The notes beneath the pieces were generated by a model. The model was not told the origin of the DNA and ran no database searches. It saw only the letters and a program-made list of their open reading frames with translations. From assembly GCF_006345805.1 (NCBI RefSeq), contig NC_043015.1:17856001-17920000 (forward strand): a DNA stretch of 64,000 nucleotides, written 5' to 3'. Positions 1 to 12,678 of this stretch are shown here, one piece after another. Positions within the stretch are counted from its first letter, which is position 1. The number at the start of each line of letters is the position of its first letter. Source of the stretch: Octopus sinensis. Its lineage: Eukaryota. The position numbers were made by a program, and so were the translations under genes.

Positions 1-3000
1 TTCTATTTTTAGTTTGGATTTCATTTGTTTTATAGCTTTTGTTGTTTCTTCATCATCTTCTTCTTCTTCTTTGTGTTTATTAGGTGGTATGATTTCTTGT
101 TTGTATTTGTCAGCTTCCTTAAATACTGAGAACAGTTTTTTGTTTTGCTCGTGTTTTGCTGCTATCTGGATCAGTTTTCCTTCCTTCTGAAGTAGGTATT
201 TTTGCAGTCCTATGGTGGTTATTTTATAGTAGTTTTCCAGCTGTATAAGGCCTCTACCACCTTCTATACGTTGTATATATAGTCTTTCTATGTCAGATTT
301 TGGGTGATGCATCCTAGATCCTGTCAGTATTTTTCTTGTTTTCCTATCTATTTTGGACAGTTCATTTCGTGTCCAGTTAAGGATATTGTAGCTGTAACTT
401 ATAACTGGGACAGCTAAAGTGTTGATACCTATTATCTTGTTTTTAGCATTGAGCTCTGTTTTTAGTATTGATCTAACTCGTCTATAATATTCTTTTTTTA
501 TTTTCTCTTTCATTTGTGTGCGTTGTGTCTTATCTAGTTCATGGATTCCTAAGTATTTGTAAGTTTGGCTTTGGTCTAATTCTTTTATTTCATTGGTTTT
601 ATCTAGTGTGATGTTGTTACTCTTAACTAGTTTTCCTCTTTTCATGGTTACTTTGGCGCATTTTTCTAATCCATATTTCATATCTATTTCTTTGGTAAAT
701 CCATGAACTGTCTTTAATAGTGTTTCCAGCTGTTTGTCATATGCAGCGTATAGTTTTAGGTCATCCATATATAAAAGGTGGCTGATCGTTTTGCCGTAAC
801 ATTTATATCCGCATCCAGTTCTATTTAGCATATCAGATAGAGGTGACAGTGCCAAGCAGAAAAGGAGTGGAGAGAGCGTGTCTCCCTGGAATATTCCTCT
901 TCTAATGGGGATGTCTTTGGTTTTCATGAGTCCCTCTTTTGTTTGGAGGTGTAGGATGTTTGCCATTTATTCATAGAGTGCTCTATGAATTTTATGATTC
1001 TTGGTGCTACTTTGTTAATGGCTAGTGTTCGAGGATCCATGTGTGGGGGATGCTATCAAACGCCTTTTTGTAGTCAATCCAGGCCATACTGAGGCCTTTC
1101 TTCTTTCTGTGGCTGTCTTCAGTTACGGCTTTATTAATCATTAGTTGATCTTTACAGCCATATGAGCCCTTGCGGCATCCTTTCTGCTCTTCTGGGAACA
1201 GTTTGTTTTCGTCCAGGTGCTTGTTCAGCCTTTGCGATATCACTGAAGTAAATGCTTTGAACATAGTAGGGAGGCAGGTTATTGGTCTGTAGTTTTCTGG
1301 TTTTGTTGTTTCATTTGATTTGGGAATTAAGATGGTTTTCCCCTTCGTGAGCCAGTCAGGTATTGTCCTGGCTCTGCTAGTATGCTGTTAAAGTTTTCAG
1401 CCAGCTTTTTGTGCATTCCTGTTAGATATTTCAACCAGAAGTTGGGGATCTTGTCATGCCCAGGTGCCTTCCAGTTGCTTAGTTTTTGCAGTGCTGGGTG
1501 ACCTCTTCAGTTGTTATGGGGGTCCAAAGTTGTTCAGATGCCGAGTTATTATTTTCATACTCCTTTTTTTTGGCTGTTCGTTCGCCAACCATATTTCTTC
1601 CAGAATTCTTCCAATTCTTCTGCCGTTGGTGCTGCAGTGACTTCTATTTTATTTTTGCCCAGTTCTTGGTAGAACTTTTTGGGGTCGGAGTTGAACTTTT
1701 TGTTCTGTTCAAAGAAGCGTTGGCGTTTCTCGTACCGGCGGATCCTTTGAGCTTTGGCAAGGATATCTTGCTTCAGCTTTTCTTTTATCTCCGGCAAATC
1801 TTTTTCTGTGATGTTATATTTGCGGAGCATTTTTGTTCTCTTTTTGTTGCTCAGTAGCGTTGCTTGTTTGCTGATTTCATTAAGAATCGACAGGTCTTTT
1901 CTAATTTTTTTATTTTGTTTGGATGTTATTTATCCACAGGGTTTGTTTGGGTGGTGGTACTCCTGTTTGGGCGGGTTTGGGTGAGTATCCAGCTTCTTTT
2001 GTGGCTGCAGTGGCTGCTGCGTATATCAAGTCATTTAGTTCAGTGATATCACTTTTTTTTGTTTCAGTGGCTAGTTCAGTGACGGCTAGGTTTATGTTGT
2101 TTATAATTGGTGTTGTTATTGCGTTTATTTTTATTCTTGGGAGGTATGGTCGGTGGTCCATTTTGAGCTCTGTGGTTTTTAGTTCTTTGATTATTTTATT
2201 TTTTATATTATCATAATCATTAGGCTCCCCTTCGTTGTTTACATCGTGTTTGTTGGGAATGTTGCGTTTGTCTTCGTGTTTTACAGTTTCAGTGTTTATA
2301 TTATTGGGCATTGTTGTGTGGCTTCTATCTACATTTTCCTGGTGTATTTTTTCTTTTAAATGTTCTATTTCTATTTCTGATATTTTTTTGGCTTTGAGAA
2401 TGTATCTTCGTACGTTAGCTAATTTATTAGGGTTCATTGCTGTATCCAAGTCTATATCTATTATTTTCCTTCCATATTTCATATGTATGTGTTGTTGTAT
2501 TTTCATTTTGTGGGTAGAGCATTGCTGTGAAGTATGCGTGTAAGATAGAAATGTATTCCTCACGTGTCCATTTACGTCTTTTGGGTTTTAATTGCGGGAC
2601 ATGAGGTACAACGTCCGGCCCATTATTTTGACGGTCGTCATTTTCGTAGGGTACCGGTCCGTTTATTTCTGTTGTCACATTATTTCGCACGTGTAGTTTT
2701 TCGTACATTTTTTGTTGTAGGTTTAATGTACGTACCGCTCGATTGTTATTCTTGGGTTGAATAGTATCGGTGGCATTTAATTTCTTCGTAGTTCCTTTGT
2801 ACATGGTGCTTGAGATCGGGGATGATCGTGTTGTTCCACGCATGTTTACATGTGTTGTGTTAGAGGTGGAGATAATATCGAGTCAAAATACATCATTTCG
2901 TTTCGAAAATAGTAATAAATTTCAATTCGTATTACTTACTCGGATATAGTCCAATTCTTTGTTAGTAAATCTTTGGCTCCATAGGGTGTCCTTGTTTTCG

Positions 3001-3068
3001 ATGTTTGTGGATAGATTTCGGAGCTCTGTATTTTCCTTCTTACATCTTAAACGTCCCCGGTGTCTTCT
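1..3068 (-). mobile_element. R4/Dong-clade non-LTR retrotransposon (single ORF, RT), complete 5' end, runs off the window start
   Basis: Minus-strand translation gives RRKWTREEY near the N-terminus (ATG 2843), then QKGCRKGSYGCKDQL, WIDYKKAFDSIPH, RGIFQGDTLSPLLF, HLLYMDDLKLY, YKYLGI and GGRGL. The ~225-nt 5' UTR begins right at the (TAA)n tract. Clade assigned from motif recall. Confidence 0.85.
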
Positions 3069-3089
3069 CTTATTATTATTATTATTATA

Positions 3090-3145
<56 letters not shown>

Positions 3146-3200
3146 CATCATCATTATTAATATTATTTTTATTATTACTATTATTATTATTATTATTCTA
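3069..3200. repeat. (TAA)n microsatellite between two R4/Dong-like elements
   Basis: Long (TTA)n run on the + strand. Confidence 0.97.
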
Positions 3201-4093
3201 TGTTTGACTTTTGCTTTATGTTTGTACAAGTTGGCTCCAAGTCTCACCCAGAGACATCAAGAGACAGCAGGTTGGAAGTTCACGTTGTTGTTATGCCTAG
3301 TGTGCCATATATTTGTTTTGTTTTTTTTGGTGTTGTACTAGTGAATGCCTAATAAATAAATTTTTTTTTAAAGTTTGTTTTAAACCTTGGGATTACATAG
3401 AGAGTATTTTGCGTAGGATATGAGCAGTTCCCATGAGCACTATCTTTTGAATTTCTGCCATTTTGGGGTTTCCTGGTATTTGAGTTAGGTAGCAATCAGC
3501 CCCTTTCGCTATCATTCCAAGGGCACCTATGACAACAGGTATTGTTTTAGTCTTCAGGTTCCACATTTTTCTGATTTCTATTTCAAGATCTTTATATTTG
3601 CTCAGTTTTTGGTAGGTCTTGACAGATACGTTTATATCGATTGAGACAGTCATATCAATGAGGAGGCATATTCTTTGTCTGAAGTCTTTCAATATGATGT
3701 CTGGTCTATTTGCATCTATCTTTCTGTCAGTTTGAATGGTGAAGTTCCAGAGGAGTGAGATGTGGTCATATTCAAGCACTGGAGGTGGATTGTGTTCCCA
3801 CCAGTTTTTTTCATGGGGCAAATCCAGGTTTTTGCAAATTACCCAGTGAATATATTGTGCAGCTCTATCATGCCTGTTGAGGTACTCAGTAGGCGCTAGA
3901 AGACTGCATTTGGAGACAACATTATCAATGGTTTCATTTGTTGTCGACATACACGACATGTTGGGCTACTGCCGCTTTTTAATATGTTGGCCTGGTAGTT
4001 TCTTGTTGGTAGGCATTGATCTTGAGCTGCTATGATAAACCCTTCTGTTTCAGATTTTAAGCCAGAGGCCATTAGCCATTGATGGGTCAGGGC

Positions 4094-4095
<2 letters not shown>
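3201..4095 (-). mobile_element. 5'-truncated R4/Dong-like copy: CCHC remnant, restriction-like endonuclease and 3' UTR
   Basis: ORF 3393-3959: ETIDNVVSKCSLLAPTEYLNRHD, NRPDII...LIDMTV...KLSKYKDL, PVVIGALG (PD-(D/E)xK RLE). (TAA)n on both sides (3069-3200, ~4097-4140). Confidence 0.88.
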
Positions 4096-4139
<44 letters not shown>

Positions 4140-4224
4140 TTACAACATTTAATAAAATGATGTAGTACGAAACGATCGTACCAAATTACCCGAGTCATTC
4201 TTGTTGCTTATTTCTAGTATACAT

Positions 4225-4266
<42 letters not shown>

Positions 4267-4357
4267 TATATATATATATAATATATATATATATGTATAC
4301 TAGAAATAAGCAACAAGAATGACTCGGGTATTTGGTACGATCGTTTCGTACTACATC

Positions 4358-4389
<32 letters not shown>

Positions 4390-4440
4390 TATATAATATA
4401 TATATATTATATATATATACATACATATATATATATATAT

Positions 4441-5966
<1,526 letters not shown>

Positions 5967-5968
<2 letters not shown>

Positions 5969-6932
5969 GATTGCTTCATCTTGACAGTTGATAGCCCTCC
6001 CATCAACACATCCTATCACACAGCAATATATATTATGTATGATTGTGTTCTGTTGTGAAAAGGAGGATGCGTCAATCATATGAAGTCACATGAAAATCTT
6101 ACAACTTAGGAGTTCACTTGGGTCTCTTCTATTTTATTAGTTGTCAAGCCATAGTTCCTATCCTGATACCTAGTTGTATTACTTATTATTTGTTCGCTCA
6201 TGTTGACATTGTTGCTATTTATTGATCTATAATTATAATTCTGGTTACTATTATCGCTATTGTTTATATGGAAACTGTTAAATTTATTAGCGCTGTGTAC
6301 TGCTATAATTTGTGCTAGATTTGGCTTCTTAAAGGATCTATAGGCACCAGACTCCAAGTCCAGGGTCACACTAAGGAGATCCACCATTTTCAGGTTGGTT
6401 TCTATCGTAACCTTCAGTCCAAGGAAATTCACGGTGTTAGTGAGGCCCTTTCTAAGCTTATCTTGCATGTGGCTATTTGCCTCTCATGATATTGCCAGTG
6501 TGTCATCTATGTAGAGGCCAAGGCCAGAGGAAGCGAACTTCTTTTTGAGTAAATCTAGGACAAAGAAACCAACAAGGTCACACACGCAGCACTGTGGAAA
6601 GCATCCATTGCCACGTCAAAGTGTGTGTGTATATATATTTCATTGGTCCTTTCAATTAACGGTCTTAAGCATGCAATGAACGAAATAAATGAATTCAATA
6701 TAAATTCATGAAACAAATCCATTTTTAAAGGTGTATCCTTTAACTAATTTTGATCATGTCGTTATTTCTGTTCTATTTTAACAAAAATTCCCGACGAACG
6801 GGAACGTGAAACCCTGAGTTATATTTTTTGTTATATTTCTGCTGCTTTTAAATAACGCATATTACTCTACCTCTGGTATTTGAGTACTCTTTTTTTCCAC
6901 CTTGTTTCGCATTTATGCGCTTACTTCGGTAG

Positions 6933-6972
<40 letters not shown>

Positions 6973-7964
6973 ATATATATATAGATATATATATATATAT
7001 CTGATTGCTTCATCTTGACAGTTGATAGCCCTCCCATCAACACATCCTATCACACAGCAATATATATTATGTATGATTGTGTTCTGTTGTGAAAAGGAGG
7101 ATGCGTCAATCATATGAAGTCACATGAAAATCTTACAACTTAGGAGTTCACTTGGGTCTCTTCTATTTTATTAGTTGTCAAGCCATAGTTCCTATCCTGA
7201 TACCTAGTTGTATTACTTATTATTTGTTCGCTCATGTTGACATTGTTGCTATTTATTGATCTATAATTATAATTCTGGTTACTATTATCGCTATTGTTTA
7301 TATGGAAACTGTTAAATTTATTAGCGCTGTGTACTGCTATAATTTGTGCTAGATTTGGCTTCTTAAAGGATCTATAGGCACCAGACTCCAAGTCCAGGGT
7401 CACACTAAGGAGATCCACCATTTTCAGGTTGGTTTCTATCGTAACCTTCAGTCCAAGGAAATTCACGGTGTTAGTGAGGCCCTTTCTAAGCTATCTTGCA
7501 TGTGGCTATTTGCCTCTCATGATATTGCCAGTGTGTCATCTATGTAGAGGCCAAGGCCAGAGGAAGCGAACTTCTTTTTGAGTAAATCTAGGACAAAGAA
7601 ACCAACAAGGTCACACACGCAGCACTGTGGAAAGCATCCATTGCCACGTCAAAGTGTGTGTGTATATATATTTCATTGGTCCTTTCAATTAACGGTCTTA
7701 AGCATGCAATGAACGAAATAAATGAATTCAATATAAATTCATGAAACAAATCCATTTTTAAAGGTGTATCCTTTAACTAATTTTGATCATGTCGTTATTT
7801 CTGTTCTATTTTAACAAAAATTCCGACGAACGGGAACGTGAAACCCTGAGTTATATTTTTTGTTATATTTCTGCTGCTTTTAAATAACGCATATTACTCT
7901 ACCTCTGGTATTTGAGTACTCTTTTTTTCCACCTTGTTTCGCATTTATGCGCTTACTTCGGTAG
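5967..7964 (-). mobile_element. Penelope-like RT fragment present as a ~965-bp direct tandem duplicate (5967-6932, 7001-7964)
   Basis: Minus-strand GLGLYIDDTLAIS and GLKVTIETNLKMVDLLSVTLDL..YRSFKKPN are typical of PLE RT. The two copies are near identical and bounded by (TA)n. Confidence 0.75.
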
Positions 7965-8002
<38 letters not shown>

Positions 8003-8291
8003 TATATTAAATTAGAGATAAAACCACTATTAGACAAATCAAACAGTGAAAAACATAAGCCATACATAAAATTAATTTAAAAATATAAAAGTTAAAAATT
8101 AAAAAATTATTTAAATAATTTAAACTTATAAATTTTAAATATATATATACAAATATATATATATGTATATTTTTATATTTATATATTATTTTATTTATTA
8201 ATTTATTTATTTATTTTTTCATTTTTTTATAAATTTTTTTTTTATATAAATATCAAAAGTATTAAAAGTTTAATAAAAGATAAAGAGTAAA

Positions 8292-8386
8292 ACACTACGA
8301 TCGTTTCATGGCTGTACCAATTCGAATAACAATAATTTAAATTCAATTAATAATTCGAGTTATGGTTACAGTCAATCTTCAGGTTA
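8292..8386 (-). ncRNA. Decayed type I hammerhead ribozyme-like motif
   Basis: Minus strand: taac CTGAAGA ttgactgta...tacagccat GAAA CGATCG TA gtgt. The core and palindromic stem III are present; stem I and the base of stem II are mismatched. Confidence 0.4.
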
Positions 8387-8641
8387 GTTGAAATATTTTT
8401 TAAATAATCAGAAATATTTAAACAATATTTTTAAGATATAAATAACATAATAATTTTACTTATAATAAACTCTATTATCAAACTAGAAACTTAAAACTTA
8501 ACAATTATGATTATGTCAAAATCGATTATAATGTTAAATATTAATTTTAATTTTTAAGGTAAGAAACCCGCCAATAATCTAATATCGGTAATAGTCTATA
8601 TCTAATTACATAAATATTTTTTTTAATATTTATATATTATA

Positions 8642-8675
<34 letters not shown>

Positions 8676-8679
8676 ATAT

Positions 8680-8726
<47 letters not shown>

Positions 8727-8730
8727 TATA

Positions 8731-8771
<41 letters not shown>

Positions 8772-8816
8772 TATATATATATTATATATATATATATATT
8801 ATATATATATATATAT

Positions 8817-10298
8817 AAGGAGGCAGTCAGAATTTTGGATAATTCTTTTATTAGCGATATTTCATTCATTTAAACGAACTCTTCAAGATTATTAAAATCA
8901 AAAATAACGATAAAACCAGAGCACTTCCTTGTTCTGTTACATGACGTTTTTAGCAAAGAGGGGGGAAAAGATAAATAGAGAGATAGAGAAAGAAAGAGAG
9001 GGGAGAGACAGACAGACAGGCAGAGACAGAGAGAGGGGTCTTCTTTTCAATTACATTGTTGTTTGTTTTGAAAACAAGAGAGGAAGAAGAAAAAATTCAC
9101 GTTATTAACATTGGGACTAACATTCAGAAATAACAATAGCAGTATAAATGTTTCTCTTCATTCATCATCATTACTATTAATAAAAAAAAAATAAAATGAC
9201 CATGAAGAAGCTCTCTTGACAGACACCAAAACCATCTAACATACATTGATATCTCTTTCCAATCCTTTGACAAAATGCAATTCCCTTGCTTCTCTTTCAG
9301 ACAATTAATTTTGGAGAGAATATTTGCTTTTCAGGACTTTGGGTCATCTCCTGAACATTTGTAAAAGGGGAAGAGTTTGGATGTCCCTTCACTTGCTAAG
9401 TGGGATCTTGCATAGTTCTTCTTGTTGGATGTGTTGTCTATGGATTCTTGTATGTTGGCAAAGGGAATTGTTTGTTTCGCCAATATAATTCTCATGGCAG
9501 CTGGGGCAAGTAATGCAGTATATGAGACTCTGTGTTATGCAGTTCATATCTGCATTTACTTTGAACGAGAATCCGCTCTTGAATTTTATGTGGGAACCAT
9601 TATTTATATTTGAAGCTGTTATTGTTGTTACATGTTCCACATCTCCTATCTCCACATTCTTTTATAGAGGATTCTGATTCATTCACTGATGTGAATTTTA
9701 GCCTTGTGAGGTGTTTTTTAGAGATTTTTTGGCTGACATCTACTATTTCGTAAGAGGTTTTCACCAATCAGATTTTTCATTTTGAGGCTTTGTAGGATTG
9801 GAAGGCTTGATTTTATGGTGTGAAAAATGTTGGTTACCCAGGATTGTGCTTATTGATAAATGGAGTTGTGTGTTCATTAGTTTTTTTTTCCTTTGGTGTC
9901 TTTAGTTGTGTGATGTTTAGTTTCATCGCCTTTTTAATTCCATCGTTTATTAATTCTAAAAGGTATTTCTGTTTTGTTAGGAAGTTCTGAAAAGCAATGG
10001 AGCTACACTTCATCAAAATATTCTCTCCAAAATTAAATGTTTGAAAGAGAAGCAAGGGAACTGCATTTTGTCAAAAGGATTGGAAAGAGATATCAATGTC
10101 TACTAGATGGTTTTGGTGTCTGTCAAGAGAGCTTCTTCATGGTCATTTTATTATTTTTTTTTTATTAATAGTAATGATGATGAATGAACAGAAACATCTA
10201 TACTGTTATTCTTATTTCTGAATGTTAACGTGAATTTTTTCTTCTTCCTCTCTTGTTTCCAAAACAAACAATGTAATTGAAAAGAAGATCTCTCTTCC

Positions 10299-10331
<33 letters not shown>

Positions 10332-10337
10332 TCTCTC

Positions 10338-10390
<53 letters not shown>

Positions 10391-10536
10391 TACCCCCTAA
10401 AGCATCACATAATAGAACCAGGAAATGCTCTGTCTTTATTGTTATCACTTTGATTTTAATTGTTATCTTGAAGAGTTTGCTTAAACGAATGAAAGCACTA
10501 ATAAAAAGAATTATCCAAAATCCTGACTGCCTCCTT
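8817..10536 (-). mobile_element. Penelope-like element (RT C-terminus + GIY-YIG) with inverted pseudo-LTRs
   Basis: 9389-9655 encodes LIYCITCPSCHENYIGET...HRQHI (GIY-YIG); 9834-10015 encodes FLTKQKYLLELINDGIKKA. Diverged inverted arms at 8817-9325 and 10016-10536. Confidence 0.8.
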
Positions 10537-10601
10537 TTTTCTTGATATACAATATCTGTACACCACCTCAAAGACTCTATACCCACACACACATACACAC
10601 A

Positions 10602-10639
<38 letters not shown>

Positions 10640-10645
10640 GCATAA

Positions 10646-10716
<71 letters not shown>

Positions 10717-10724
10717 TGCAGGAG

Positions 10725-10874
10725 TGGTGTGTGATAGGCGCAGGAGTGGCGTGTGGTAAGTAGCCTGCTTACCAACCACACGTGGCACCTTGGGAAAGTG
10801 TCTCCTACTATAGCCTCGGGCCGACCAAAGCCTTGTGAGTGGATTTGGCAGACGGAAACTGAAAGAAGCCTGTC

Positions 10875-10922
<48 letters not shown>

Positions 10923-11132
10923 GTGTGTGTGTGTTTGTGTGTCTGTGTTTGTCCCCCCAACATCGCTTGACAACCGATGCTGGTATGTTTACGTGCCCGT
11001 TACTTAGCGGTTCGGCAAAAGAGACCGATGGAATAAGTATTAGGCTTACAAAGAATAAGACCTGGGGTCGATTTGCTCGACTAAAAGGCGGTGCTTCAGC
11101 ATGGCCGCAGTCAAATGACTGAAACAAGTAAA
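10725..11132 (+). mobile_element. tRNA-derived SINE with CORE-like segment and internal (TA)n/(TG)n
   Basis: GCAGGAGTGGCGTGTGGTAAG head, GCACCTTGGGAAAGTGTC CORE-like motif, A-rich tail. Partial copies at ~26410-26480 and ~28405-28545 (minus). Confidence 0.7.
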
Positions 11133-11841
11133 AAAAATATGCACACACATACATACATACATAAATACATGCATATATATATATATATATATACATAATA
11201 TTATTACAAATTCGGGATTTTATTCTTATTTTTCTATTTAATATGACTTATGTATTTTAACTTTGATCCGTTAATAACAATAACAATAAGATAAATAACC
11301 TGAGGACGCATATTAGGTATAGCCTTAATAAACACCCTACCAGCGCAGAAAGATGTGTAGCATTGATTAAAAATATCTTCTTTTCCCACAGACTAATAAC
11401 AGGTAAGTTGTATATATTTTTCAAAAATCTTTTCAAATAATTTTATTGGATATAACATTCTGTGTATTCCATACAATAAGGTTATCCTGAGGTCTGCCTC
11501 TGGTTCTGCTGCCTACCACTTCTGCCTTCATCATCCTCCTTACTATCCACTCCTCACCCATCCTCTTCATGTGGCCAAACCACCTCAACATTCATCTATC
11601 CATTTTGGTTGTTAGTATATATATAGAGAGAGAGGGGGGAGAGAGAGGGAGAGAGAGAGAAGTTGAAGTTATAAGAGATAATGGTGTCATTGAGACCCAA
11701 AGGTGTTAGGTAATGCTGAATAAGTGCTATAGACAGACCATAGTTAAGTTCCAGATTCGGTAATATTGCGAATAAAGGGTTCAACGATGGTTCTATGTCA
11801 GCGTGTGTATATAAGAATTTTTTGCGTAATAAGATAAAAAG

Positions 11842-12002
11842 CCAAGGTTGTGTAGATACTAGAGCATTTATAGATAGGTCTTACGGCTGTTTCTAGGATA
11901 TTTTTTAATAATATCCTTTCATCGGGATATTATTAATAAATATCCTAGAAACAGCCGTAAGACCTTCTATCTATTAATGCTCTAATATCTACACAGCCTT
12001 GG
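11842..12002. repeat. Near-perfect ~160-bp palindrome
   Basis: CCAAGGTTGTGTAGATA...GTCTTACGGCTGTTTCTAGGATA / TATCCTAGAAACAGCCGTAAGAC...TATCTACACAGCCTTGG. Confidence 0.9.
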
Positions 12003-12678
12003 TTATATAAATATATTTAAAATCTTAGGGAATAAGTATTTCAGGTTATCAGGACATTTACTATTTTACACTTTACTAATGCAATGTAAACAGTATCATT
12101 TATAATACCAATGTATTAATTTATAGAGCAATAAGAAAATGGAGAGGATCAAGAGGTGGTATTCATCAACTTTTAGACATTATATTATGTCTATTTATTT
12201 ATTTATTTTTAAACAATTATAACAATATACATACTTGTATAATAGATTATGCTTTACATATATAAAAATACCAGTAATTATTAAAATGAACTGAAGTATT
12301 TTGTAGATAAAATTAAGGTACTTGGGTGTGTCTCTGGGCTTTGTCAGAGAGTTTAGAAAGTTCATAAGGTTAAGTTATAAATATAAATACATACATATAT
12401 ATACATTTTTATATTTGTTTTGCAAGATTCTTGATGTGAAATCGTGTGTTGAAACAGATGTTGTATTTAGGAATGGTCATGTTGCCAGTTTAGCCAACAA
12501 AAACACATGCATTTGGTGTTAATTTGCTTCAGCTTTATTTATTTTTTACATTAATCTTAATCTTATTTCGGCCAGAGTTCTTTCGTCACACTTCTGTGAC
12601 CTCATCAGTGGTCCTTTGCTTTCTTCTTTCATATTTGTGTGTCTCTCCTTACTAACGGTCAACCATTTTGTATTTTGT

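Noticed and set aside
6786-6830. Minimal hammerhead CCGACGA-ACG-GGAA-CGT-GAAA (also ~7820-7860)
   Set aside because: Core U4 is C and stem I does not pair; decayed at best.
10160-10210. Hammerhead in the inverted Penelope pLTR (ATGATGA...GAAA CATCTA TA)
   Set aside because: C3 is missing, spacing is off by 2 nt and stem III is mismatched in both arms.
12555-12613. Minus-strand hammerhead GGACCA-CTGATGA-GGTCA...TGGCC-GAAA
   Set aside because: Core and stem II are present, but there is no stem III/NUH or stem I partner (TGGTCC) downstream; at most a truncated relic.
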